From Macrostomum lignano (Eukaryota): a stretch of DNA of 64,000 bases. Below the pieces are notes generated by a model. That model was not told the origin of the DNA. It searched no databases and saw only the letters and a program-made list of their open reading frames with translations. Where the stretch lies: positions 124,001 to 188,000 of the forward strand of contig NIVC01000090.1 in NCBI GenBank assembly GCA_002269645.1, given 5' to 3'. Both the position numbers and the translations under genes were made by a program. Positions 1 to 12,192 of this stretch are shown here, piece by piece; position 1 is the first letter of the stretch, and each line of letters starts with the position of its first letter.

Positions 1-317
1 AGGTTGTAATCAATTATTATTAATTTTATAAATGCGATTCTAATTCATTAAGTGACGCAGATGCGCTTTAGACACGACCCAGTGATTCTACAGACAATAA
101 AACACCACTAAATTACTCTTAAGCGACTCTTTGATGACTTATTTGGCGACTTGTACCGTAACATCTCGTCGTTTTAAAGTCGTCTAGAGTCACTTCTTTC
201 CTTTGTTTACCTGTGTTGCTAACAGCGACTCTGGGGGAAGACGAAAGTACCGTTGTTAGTAACTACTAGACTTGTTATAAAATAATTGGCTCTTACTGAC
301 CAATTCGCCACCTTCAG

Positions 318-1310
318 GTGTTGGTGTCGCCTTCAATGGTGCAGCATCACATGGCTGATTACGTATTGGATGCGCTAGAATCTGTGGCCCCAGCAGGTTT
401 TCATGCCGATCAGTTTTTCAACGATCAAACAATTATTGCTGACGGCTCCCATGAAGAAATTGGAGAATCAGTATTGTTGGGTACAGCGGCTACTACTGTA
501 TCAGCATCCGGTGATGCTTCATCTTTAATTAGAGCTAGTCGGTTAGCAACTAAAAGTCTGAGAACGCCCAGATCGAGTACTCTGCCATCGCGATTAGGCC
601 CATTGACACCTAACTGGCTTCCTATCGATCAAATTAATGCCAGTAATAGTAATCGGACTTCTCACGTTGCTAAGCAACTAGCCGCTGCGCCCTTGGCAAC
701 GCCGGAATCTTTATCGATAGCATCGTCTAGGATTCTGTCTTCCAAGCTATCAGTAGCCGCATCCGCGGAGGACAAGCCCCTGTCGGATGAAGATGATGAA
801 GATAGCGACAATTTTGAAATGCCAATGCGCAGTCAACTGCAAAGGCCGGTGTCTCTGCACGAGAATTTAAGCGGCTATTGTTACTACCTGTTCCCCGACG
901 AGGAGAGCGGCAGACGGAGACCGTTTGACGATATTTTGCCGAAGCCTAGGATTGACTTTGGTCGGATTGCCCACGCGGTTGGTAATAGACAATTGCTGTT
1001 GAAGCAGCAACAGCAGCAGCAGCAGCAATGCACTCTGCCGCACAGTTTATCCTCTTGCGAGACTTTAATCCCATCTGCTAAAGGAGAGCACAGTTTTCCA
1101 GACGACACCGTTATAGTTGTCGCATCGGCTATGCTACATACTACTGCTACTGCTAATAGTAGTAGTAGTAGTAGTAATATTAGCAACTATAATTTCAACA
1201 AACAAGAGCCAACAGATGATTGTCAATCTGTTGAGAGGACGCCTCAAATGCTGCGTTCATCTGGTGCTGTCTTGTGCAGACACTCGGATAGAAGAGTTGA
1301 TTACGTGTGA
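318..1310 (+). CDS. Terminal coding exon of an unidentified gene that begins upstream of the window; Ser-rich low-complexity tail ending in DYV
   Basis: 330-codon open frame starting right after an acceptor-like ccttcAG (316-317); no recognisable domain; poly-Q and poly-S tracts. Confidence 0.6.
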   Translation: MLVSPSMVQHHMADYVLDALESVAPAGFHADQFFNDQTIIADGSHEEIGESVLLGTAATTVSASGDASSLIRASRLATKSLRTPRSSTLPSRLGPLTPNWLPIDQINASNSNRTSHVAKQLAAAPLATPESLSIASSRILSSKLSVAASAEDKPLSDEDDEDSDNFEMPMRSQLQRPVSLHENLSGYCYYLFPDEESGRRRPFDDILPKPRIDFGRIAHAVGNRQLLLKQQQQQQQQCTLPHSLSSCETLIPSAKGEHSFPDDTVIVVASAMLHTTATANSSSSSSNISNYNFNKQEPTDDCQSVERTPQMLRSSGAVLCRHSDRRVDYV

Positions 1311-1477
1311 AGGTCATTCATATTTAGAGATCCTAATCATAGATTGAAACAATTCTGTTGCTATGGTTATTTTACTAATTTTTATTGTTGGTAGTGGAGC
1401 TTCCATTTCGATCATTGATTTGAATTTAATTACTTTTATAGAGGCAGTTTTGCCCATGCTTCCCTAGTATTTGAAGA

Positions 1478-2142
1478 GCCCCTTCATCAATCCTTGAATC
1501 AGCTTCTCCGCTCCCTCATCAGTCCTTGAATCAGCCTCTGTGCTACCTGCACCAGTCCTTGAATCAGCCTCCACTCCTTCATCAGTCCTTGAATCAGCCT
1601 CCACTCCTTCATCAGTCCTTGAATCAGCCTCTCTGCTCCTTCATCAGTCCTTGAATCAGCCTCTCTGCTCCTTCATCAGTCCTTGAATCAGCCTCTCCGC
1701 TCCTTCATCAGTCCTTGAATCAGCCTCTGTGCTCCTTCATCAGTCCTTGAATCAGCCTCTCTGCTCCTTCATCAGTCCTTGAATCAGCCTCTCCGCTCCT
1801 TCATCAGTCCTTGAATCAGCCTCTGTGCTCCTTCATCAGTCCTTGAATCAGCCTCTCCGCTCCTTCATCAGTCCTTGAATCAGCCTCTCCGCTCCTTCAT
1901 CAGTCCTTGAATCAGCCTCTCCGCTCATTCATCAGTCCTTGAATCAGCCTCTCCGCTCCTTCACCAGTCCTTGAATCAGCCTCTCCGCTCCTTCATCAGT
2001 CCTTGAATCAGCCTCTCCGCTCATTCACCAGTCCTTGAATCAGCCTCTCCGCTCCTTCATCAGTTCTTGAATCAGCCTCTCCGCTCATTCATCAGTCCTT
2101 GAATCAGCCTCTGTGCTATGCTAACTGCATCAGTCCTTGAAT
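1478..2142. repeat. 32-bp minisatellite (ccttcatcagtccttgaatcagcctctccgct), about 20 copies
   Basis: Direct tandem periodicity. Confidence 0.95.
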
Positions 2143-2689
2143 CTCGCTTTAAAAATAATATAGTCACAAAACAATACAAAGAAAACAACAACTTTCAAAA
2201 CCTTTTATTATTTTCTCTTTCAAACTTTGTCATTGTCTCATCGAATTTTCAAAGCATATTTTTTCTATCGATGCAGTTTTCTGCCTATAAATGTGCATGC
2301 TTGATCTAGTCACAAAAAATTTTAAGTGAAATCATGTGTGTTATTTTCCTGTTTACTACCAAATTTAAACTGCAGTTGATAATTTTATCGGAACATGACG
2401 TTTTATGTCTTTACAGTATTTACTCAATTGTTTAAATGATTTTGATTGCAAAACAGACATTTTATTTTGTTTTTATGTGATCAAATGTCATTTATAATCC
2501 GTGAAATTTCTTATATAAAAACGGTAAATTGTTTGTTAAATAAATAAATGGCATCTTGATGTAGCATATTTAAACTGTTTTACTGCTTAAGGACTACTTA
2601 ATAAGAAGAATACAATAAATTTTAGTGACATTTGAGACATATATTACAGAGCAATTGTACACAACAAAGTCGCCTATTTACACCCGTAG

Positions 2690-4760
2690 AATTACCCATT
2701 TAACCATTTTACAACCTCAGAATATCCCATTTTACACCCTCAGAATCGGCCATTTTACACCCTCAGAATCGGCCATTTTACACCCTCAGAATCGGCCATT
2801 TTACACCCTCAGAATCGGCCATTTTACACCCTCAGAATCAAACATTTTACACCCTTAGAATCGGCCATTTTACACCCTCAGAATCAACCATTTTACACAC
2901 CCAGAATCAACCATTTTACACCCTTAGAATCGGCCATTTTACACACCCAGAATCAACCATTTTACACCCTTAGAATCGGCCATTTTACACCCTCAGAATC
3001 GGCCATTTTACACCCTCAGAATCAACCATTTTACACCCTTAGAATCGGCCATTTTACACCCTCAGAATCAACCATTTTACACACCCAGAATCGGCCATTT
3101 TACACCCTCAGAATCGGCCATTTTACACCCTCAGAATCGGCCATTTTACACACCCAGAATCAACCATTTTACACACCCAGAATCAACCATTTTACACACC
3201 CAGAATCGGCCATTTTACACCCTCAGAATCGGCCATTTTACACCCTCAGAATCGGCCATTTTACACCCTCAGAATCGGCCATTTTACACCCTCAGAATCG
3301 GCCATTTTACACCCTCAGAATCGGCCATTTTACACCCTCAGAATCGGCCATTTTACACCGTCAGAATCGGCCATTTTACACCCTCAGAATCGACCATTTT
3401 ACACCCTCAGAATCGGCCATTTTACACCCTCAGAATCGGCCATTTTACACCCTCAGAATCGACCATTTTACACCCTCAGAATCGGCCATTTTACACCCTC
3501 AGAATCGGCCATTTTACACCCTCAGAATCGACCATTTTACACCCTCAGAATCGGCCATTTTACACCCTCAGAATCGGCCATTTTACACCCTCAGAATCGG
3601 CCATTTTACACCCTCAGAATCGGCCATTTTACACACCCAGAATCGGCCATTTTACACCCTCAGAATCGGCCATTTTACACCCTCAGAATCGGCCATTTTA
3701 CACCCTCAGAATCGGCCATTTTACACCCTCAGAATCGGCCATTTTACACCCTCAGAATCGGCAATTTTACACCCTCAGAATCAACCATTTTACACCCTCA
3801 GAATCAACCATTTTACACCCTTAGAATCGGCCATTTTACACCCTCAGAATCAACCATTTTACACCCTCAGAATCAACCATTTTACACCCTTAGAATCGGC
3901 CATTTTACACCCTCAGAATCAACCATTTTACACCCTCAGAATCAACCATTTTACACCCTTAGAATCGGCCATTTTACACCCTCAGAATCGGCCATTTTAC
4001 ACCCTCAGAATCGGCCATTTTACACCCTCAGAATCGGCCATTTTACACCCTCAGAATCAACCATTTTACACCCTCAGAATCGGCCATTTTACACCCTCAG
4101 AATCGGCCATTTTACACACTCAGAATTACCCATTTTACACCCTCAGAATTACCCATTTTACACCCTCAGAATTACCCATTTTACAACATCAGAATTACCC
4201 ATTTTACACACTCAGAATTACCCATTTTACAACATCAGAATTACCCATTTTACACACTCAGAATTACCCATTTTACAACATCAGAATTAACCATTTTACA
4301 CCCTCAGAATTACCCATTTTACACCCTCAGAATTACCCATTTTACACCCTCAGAATTACCCATTTTACAACATCAGAATTACCCATTTTACACACTCAGA
4401 ATTACCCATTTTACAACATCAGAATTACCCATTTTACACACTCAGAATTACCCATTTTACAACATCAGAATTACCCATTTTACACACTCAGAATTACCCA
4501 TTTTACAACATCAGAATTAACCATTTTACACCCTCAGAACTACCCATTTTACACCCTCAGAATTACCCATTTTACACACTCAGAATTACCCATTTTACAA
4601 CATCAGAATTACCCATTTTACACACTCAGAACTACCCATTTTACACCCTCAGAATTACCCTTTTTACACCCTCAGAATTACCCATTTTACACCCTCAGAA
4701 TCGGCCATTTAACATCCTCAAAACTGGTCATTTTACACCGTCAGAATCAACAATTTTACA
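2690..4760. repeat. 23-bp minisatellite (ttttacaccctcagaatcggcca), about 90 copies
   Basis: Tandem periodicity; gaattaccca variant at the ends, gaatcggcca in the core. Confidence 0.95.
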
Positions 4761-5289
4761 CCCTGAGGAACAGCCAATAAAATGGTCCATTTTAAGTCTT
4801 TTACTCGCAGATTTCTTAAAAAATTAAACAAATTTTCCGAAAATTTGTTGCACTGCCTACTGATTAGTTTTTTATGAGTAGACTGTCTGTCTTTTGCTAT
4901 ATATTTTATGTATTGACAAGATAAGAATATATTTCATATTTTACAAGCAAGTTAGCAAAATCAAACCAATTTTATAGCATGCATTGCACTACTGCATTAA
5001 GTAGTGCACATGTATATTGTTGTTTCAAGTGTTTATTCGGATTTGTTTTTTTAGAATGCGCTTCCATAAAAATGTACCAAATCAATATTTTACTTTGTGT
5101 GCTATAATTACTGGTTGTACAAGCAATGTATTAAAGTGGCTCAGTTTTAAAAGAAAACAATAGGTTCTTAGTTTGTACAACTGCAAGAAATACACAATTG
5201 AATTTTTTTTCTAATTTTATATCGAACTTTTAATGGCACTGTTTACTTTTTATTGTTTTTGCTTTCATTACTGTTTTCAGGCTCAACCC

Positions 5290-6040
5290 ATCAGCCCCTC
5301 CACCCACCCTCAGAGAATCGCCCCTCAACCCATTAGAGAATCGCCCCTCAACCCACCCTCAGAGAATTGCCCCTCAACCCACCCTCAGAGAATCGCCCCT
5401 CAACCCACCCTCAGAGAATCGCCCCTCAACCCACCCTCAGAGAATCGCCCCTCAACCCACTAGAGAATGGCCCCTTAATCCACACTCAAAGAATCACCCC
5501 TCAACCCATTAGAGAATCGCACCTCAACCTACCAGAGAATCGCCCCTCAACCCACCCTCAGAGAATCGCCCCTCAACCCATTAGAGAATCGCCCCTCAAC
5601 CCACCCTCAGAGAATCGCCCCTCAACCCACCCTCAGAGAATCGCCCCTCAACCCACCCTCAGAGAATCGCCCCTCAACCCACCCTCAGAGAATCGCCCCT
5701 CAACCCACCCTCAGAGAATCGCCCCTCAACCCACTAGAGAATGGCCCCTTAATCCACACTCAAAGAATCACCCCTCAACCCATTAGAGAATCGCACCTCA
5801 ACCTACCAGAGAATCGCCCCTCAACCCACCCTCAGAGAATCGCCCCTGAACCCACCCTCAGAGAATCGCCCCTCAACCCACCCTCAGAGAATCGCCCCTG
5901 AACCCACCCTCAGAGAATCGCCCCTGAACCCACCCTCAGAGAATCGCCCCTCAACCCACCCTCAGAGAATCGCCCCTCAACCCACCCTCAGAGAATCGCC
6001 CCTCAACCCACCCTCAGAGAATCGCCCCTCAACCCACTAA
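5290..6040. repeat. 27-bp minisatellite (ccctcagagaatcgcccctcaacccac)
   Basis: Tandem periodicity; source of ORFs 5233 and 5367. Confidence 0.95.
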
Positions 6041-6107
6041 AACATTTTTAAAACTCGGCTATTTGTATTTTTTTCAGCGTCTCGCAGGCCATCAGTAAAA
6101 TATACAA

Positions 6108-8680
6108 ATGTCGTCTCCTTCGCTGCAGTCTAAAGCCGCTACTACTTCCAGTAGTAACAAAGCAAACAAAGTATCAGCCTCATCGAGCTGTCCTCAAAGC
6201 ATTGTCAAGTCGCTTTCACCGTTGAGTTTAAACGAATTTGAAATTGTGAGCAGTGCCGCATCAGACATTGTGGACAAGCTGCCAAATTGTCACGACAATG
6301 TCCGCTTGATTCGTAGAAAATCAGACGGTAAATTGCTGGTATGGAAACGGATTCACTATGGCAGTATGGACGAGCAAGAGTTGAAGATGCTATTGTCCGA
6401 ACTGATGGTTGTCAGGCAAATACGTCATCCCAATATTGTAGAATATGTTGGCAGAATTGTTGACGAAGTGAAACAGGATGTGTACATTGTTAGCGAATAT
6501 TGCGCTAACGGCGACTTGACTGGCGTAATTAAGAAGCACATTCGCGAAGGGTGAGCTAGTTGACTAATTGAATTACCCATTCACTAATTAGACTTTCATA
6601 TACATGAGTTCACCAATTAGAATTGCCTATAATCACCAATTAAAATTCCCTATATTCACCAATTAGAACTGCCCATTCACCAGCCAGAATTCCTTATATT
6701 CACTAATTATAATTTCCTATATTCACCAATTAGAATTCCCGATATTCACCAATTAGAATTCCCTATATTCACCAATTAGAATTACCTATATCCACCAATT
6801 AGAATTGCCTATATTCATTAATTAGAATTCCCCATATTCAAAAAGTCCCAATCGCCCCGTATCCCCGCCAGGAAGTACATCCCGGAGCAGCAGATCTGGA
6901 AGTGGCTGACGCAGCTGTCGTTGGCTCTCCGCTGCTGCCACTGTCGCCAAGGCGTGAAGGCGGTGCTGCACAGGGATCTGAAGCCGGCCAACTGCTTCCT
7001 GGACTCTGACGGCAACCTGAAGCTGGGCGACTTCGGCCTGGCCAGGGTGCTTCGCCACAGCGGCAGCTTTGCCAGCACCTTCGTTGGCACGCCGTACTAC
7101 ATGAGCCCGGAGCAGATGCAGAAGAGCGCCTACACTGAGAAGTCCGACATCTGGTCTCTGGGCATTGTGGCCTACGAATTGGCCTGTCTGAGGCCTCCGT
7201 TTGTGGCCGACAAGCAGAGGGACCTGGCAACCAGAATTCGGCGAGGCGAGTTCGAACCTCCGCCTGATTGGTAGGGTTTTAGTCTGTTTAATTTGTAATA
7301 CTGCAGGTGTTTTATTCAGCATCAATTAAATTTTATGTAAATTTCCCTAAGTGTTGATGAGTGCCGTAGGTTGTTCAGTAGATAATTTAGGTTGTTTCAG
7401 TAGATCAGTTAGGTTGTTTAGACGATTGTTTAGACTGCAGTTTATAATTGACAATTTAGAGGTTAGAGTTAATTTAGATTGTTTCAGAAAAAAGTTTTAG
7501 CCTAGTGCTTAAAGCGTCGGGCTCACGACTTGAAAGTCGGGGGTTCGATTCTCGATCCACTCGGAACAATCTGTGTCCTTGAGCAATTGACACTTAGCTC
7601 TGCATTGCTTCAGTTCACCCAGCTGTAAAATGGGTGCCAGCATTAGCTGGGGTAATTGAGGGTGTGTGTGGTGACCCGAACAGCAGTACGCAGCCTTCAG
7701 ATGCGCCGCGCAATAGCTGCGGCTGAGCTGTCAGTTACACATCTGGCCTAATTGGGGCAGATGTAACAAATTAATATTAATAATTAATTGAGCTGATTTT
7801 ATCACTCTCAAACGCTCGCCACTCCAGGTACAGCCCCGCGCTGCGCACCCTGATCTCCGACTGCCTGTGTGTCAATCCCGATCACCGACCAACTGTCGAA
7901 GATCTGCTACGCCGGCCGGAGATTCGCAACCGCTTGTCGGCCAACGAATCGACGCCTGAAGCCAGCCTTCGACATTGGTCGGATCAGCTACGCGAGCTCA
8001 CGGATCTGCTCACCGCCTGGCAAGATTCGTTGACTAGGCAGGAGGTCGAACTGCGTCGACAAGAGGCATCGCTAGCGTCGTCTGCCGCGGCCAGGCAGAT
8101 GGAGCTGGAGAAACGCGAGGCTCGTCTGGACCGACTGGCTAAACAGCTGGACGAGCGGACCAAGCAGCTGACTGAGCTGCAGGACTGGCTGCGACAGAGC
8201 GGCTTCATCACCACCCCCGCCGCAGCCGGTGCGGCTACTTCGGTCACGGCTGGCACCGACTCGTTCGGCAATAATGCCATGCTGCTGCTCTCTAGCCACG
8301 ATTCTCCACTTATCGATAAAACATTAACAAGCCGCCGATCAAACAGAGTGCTAGTAGACATTGACAACAGTCCGCAGGCGGTTGTATCCACTACTACTAC
8401 AACTAGTGCTATCGAGCGAGGTCGTAACTCGCCTACACTTTCTAACAATCCTACTATTAGTAGTTTTGTATTAGTAGATGATAAAAATGAAGAATTTGAG
8501 AACACTCTACCGGTACCGTCGATTTCTACGGATGCGATTTTGTCGCCTTGTACGGCGGCTAAGTCGGCGGTGGCGACCGAGGATCTGTTGGTGCCGAAAA
8601 TACCTGCGCGTTCGCCGCCTGTGCCGTTGCCAAGGAAGTCAAGGATGCAGCAACTGCAGCAGAGAGCGGCTGACTGCTAA
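6108..8680 (+). CDS. NEK2/NIMA-like kinase paralogue A (564 aa), atypical N-lobe
   Basis: Exons 6108-6550, 6872-7270, 7828-8680 splice in frame (GT..AG, both introns phase 2). Motifs VWK, HPNIV, HRDLKPAN, DFG, GTPYYMSPE, DIWSLG; coiled coil after the kinase domain; no GxGxxG. Confidence 0.9.
6570..6840. repeat. 23-bp minisatellite (ttcaccaattagaattccctata) in NEK-A intron 1
   Basis: Tandem periodicity. Confidence 0.9.
7497..7775 (+). mobile_element. tRNA-derived SINE family A (NEK-A intron 2)
   Basis: A-box tagcctagtg, B-box ggttcgattc, central ccttgagc..acttagctctgcattgcttcagttcacccagctgtaaaatggg resembling CORE/Meta-type SINE domains; recurs at 20465, 32152 and 54675. Confidence 0.8.
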
Positions 8681-8749
8681 AAAGTGTTGACTGCTCAATC
8701 TACTAAGTGATATCTACCCTACCTTCTAAGGTCTGTCTATGTAACCTGC

Positions 8750-9330
8750 TTAGGTCTATCTACCCAACCTACTAATCTCTGTCTACTGAACCTTCTTAGG
8801 TCTATCTACCCAACCTACCAAGGGCTATCACCCAACCTACCAAGGGCTATCACCCAACCTACCAAGGGATATCACCCAACCTACCAAGGGCTATCACCCA
8901 ACCTACCAAGGGATATCACCCAATCTACCAAGGGATATCACCCAACCTACTAAGGGATATCACCCAACCTACCAAGGGCTATCACCCAACCTACCAAGGG
9001 ATATCACCCAACCTACCAAGGGCTATCACCCAACCTACCAAGGGATATCACCCAACCTACCAAGGGATATCACCCAACCTACCAAGGGATATCACCCAAC
9101 CTACTAAGGGATATCACCCAACCTACCAAGGGCTATCACCCAACCTACCAAGGGATATCACCCAACCTACCAAGGGCTATCACCCAACCTACCAAGGGCT
9201 ATCACCCAATCTACCAAGGGATATCACCCAACTTACCAAGGGCTATCACCCAACCTACCAAGGGATATCACCCAACCTAATAACGTCTATCTACCAAACC
9301 CACTAAGGTTTGTCTACCCAACCTACAATA
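8750..9330. repeat. 22-bp minisatellite (caagggctatcacccaacctac)
   Basis: Tandem periodicity downstream of the NEK-A stop. Confidence 0.95.
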
Positions 9331-10129
9331 CTAAGCACCGTAAACGTACCTCTAAATTTATGCTAAACTGATTCGGGATTTATGTCACTTGTCCCCATGG
9401 TATGGCTTTTTTCTATCATATAATGCTCGTCTGAGAAAAAAAGCGTATGTGTTATAATTCTATTTTATGATATTTCAGTTGCTCGTTGGTCATTCGCTTT
9501 AAGTTGAATAAAAAATGTAAAAATGTATACAGCATACCTCCATTTTATCAAAGCCTTGGCTGCTAAAACTTGTACTTTTAACTACATATATGTGCTTGCT
9601 TAAATACAGCATTTTGTGGTGAGTAGCTTGTTAAATTAATATTTTTTCAACAATTTTTATCGAAATTTTGTGCATTTTGTATTTATATCCGCTTCCTACT
9701 ACTGCTAGAACGAATTGTGTGCTAATTTTTTTTCATGAAATCATTTTAATTTGCTACGAAAAAACTTTTAGCATTTCACTATTGCGATTCGGTTTAACTT
9801 ATTTTACATTACGTACGGTTTTTGCTGTTTATTGCGTGTTTGTTGTAATTTTATGAACACTTTTCTGCAATCATGTTGCTGTTTGTCAATAAAAATTTAT
9901 AAATCTCTACCGATAATTTTGTTTTTGCAATACTTTTGCAATAATTTATTACGAATAACAAATTTAATTAGGGTTTTTTTCGCAATTTAGAATGATTTAT
10001 ATCATGCTAAGCCTACAAATATATGTAACTTTCTGTGCGTGAATTTAATAATTTTCTAAGAAATGTATTTGTTTAAAAGTTTCTTTTACATAGTTTTCGA
10101 ATAGAAAATCTATTTTAGAAAGGCTATCG

Positions 10130-12060
10130 TAAATAGGCTACCTTAGAATGTCTATCTTCGAAAAGCTATCATAGAAAGGCTGTCTTAGAAAGGCTGTCTT
10201 AGAAATGCTATCTTAGAAATGCTATCTTAGAAATGCTATCTTAGAAATGCTATCTTAGAAATGCTATCTTAGAAATGCTATCTTAGAAATGCTATCTTAG
10301 AAATGCTATCTTAGAAATGCTATCTTAGAAATGCTATCTTAGAAATGCTATCTTAGAAATGCTATCTTAGAAATGCTATCTTAGAAATGCTATCTTAGAA
10401 ATGCTATCTTAGAAAGGCTGTCTTAGAAATGCTATCTTAGAAATGCTATCTTAGAAAGGCTGTCTTAGAAATGCTATCTTAGAAATGCTATCTTAGAAAT
10501 GCTATCTTAGAAAGGCTGTCTTAGAAATGCTATCTTAGAAATGCTATCTTAGAAAGGCTGTCTTAGAAATGCTATCTTAGAAATGCTATCTTAGAAAGGC
10601 TGTCTTAGAAATGCTATCTTAGAAATGCTATCTTAGAAAGGCTGTCTTAGAAATGCTATCTTAGAAATGCTATCTTAGAAAGGCTGTCTTGGAAAGGCTG
10701 TCTTAGAAATGCTATCTTAGAAATGCTATCTTAGAAAGGCTGTCTTAGAAATGCTATCTTAGAAATGCTATCTTAGAAAGGCTGTCTTAGAAAGGCTATC
10801 TTAGAAATGCTATCTTAGAAAGGCTGCCTTAGAAATGCTATCTTAGAAATGCTATCTTAGAAAGGCTGTCTTGGAAAGGCTGTCTTAGAAATGCTATCTT
10901 AGAAATGCTATCTTAGAAAGGCTGTCTTAGAAATGCTATCTTAGAAATGCTATCTTAGAAAGGCTGTCTTAGAAAGGCTGTCTTAGAAAGGCTATCTTAG
11001 AAATGCTATCTTAGAAAGGCTGTCTTAGAAATGCTATCTTAGAAATGCTATCTTAGAAAGGCTGTCTTAGAAATGCTATCTTAGAAATGCTATCTTAGAA
11101 ATGCTATCTTAGAAAGGCTGTCTTAGAAATGCTATCTTAGAAATGCTATCTTAGAAAGGCTGTCTTAGAAATGCTATCTTAGAAATGCTATCTTAGAAAG
11201 GCTGTCTTAGAAATGCTATCTTAGAAATGCTATCTTAGAAAGGCTGTCTTAGAAATGCTATCTTAGAAATGCTATCTTAGAAAGGCTGTCTTGGAAAGGC
11301 TGTCTTAGAAATGCTATCTTAGAAATGCTATCTTAGAAAGGCTGTCTTAGAAATGCTATCTTAGAAATGCTATCTTAGAAAGGCTGTCTTAGAAATGCTA
11401 TCTTAGAAATGCTATCTTAGAAAGGCTGTCTTAGAAATGCTATCTTAGAAATGCTATCTTAGAAAGGCTGTCTTGGAAAGGCTGTCTTAGAAATGCTATC
11501 TTAGAAATGCTATCTTAGAAAGGCTGTCTTAGAAATGCTATCTTAGAAATGCTATCTTAGAAAGGCTGTCTTAGAAAGGCTGTCTTAGAAAGGCTATCTT
11601 AGAAATGCTATCTTAGAAAGGCTGTCTTGGAAAGGCTGTCTTAGAAATGCTATCTTAGAAAGGCTGTCTTAGAAATGCTATCTTAGAAAGGCTGTCTTGG
11701 AAAGGCTGTCTTGGAAAGGCTGTCTTAGAAATGCTATCTTAGAAATGCTATCTTAGAAAGGCTGTCTTAGAAATGCTATCTTAGAAATGCTATCTTAGAA
11801 AGGCTGTCTTAGAAATGCTATCTTAGAAAGGCTGTCTTAGAAAGGCTGTCTTGGAAAGGCTGTCTTAGAAATGCTATCTTAGAAATGCTATCTTAGAAAG
11901 GCTGTCTTAGAAATGCTATCTTAGAAATGCTATCTTAGAAAGGCTGTCTTAGAAATGCTATCTTAGAAAGGCTGTCTTAGAAAGGCTGTCTTAGAAATGC
12001 TATCTTAGAAAGGCTGTCTTAGAAAGGCTATCTCAGAAAGGCTATCATAGAATAGCTATT
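10130..12060. repeat. 14-bp minisatellite (tcttagaaatgcta / tcttagaaaggctg) with 42-bp higher-order units
   Basis: Tandem periodicity; two variants in a mostly AAB pattern. Confidence 0.97.
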
Positions 12061-12192
12061 TTAGAAAAGCTAGAAGGCAAGTTAAAATATTTAGGTTGTT
12101 TAAGAGAATCTTGATAGTTTTTAATCTAATGATATTTAATACATAAATGTCAACTTTCAGTGTAATCCTGCGGCCATATTAATTTATTATTA

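Noticed and set aside
6818-7325. Antisense ORFs over NEK exon 2 (and 13053-13596)
   Set aside because: Shadow ORFs of GC-rich sense coding sequence, duplicated along with the exon.
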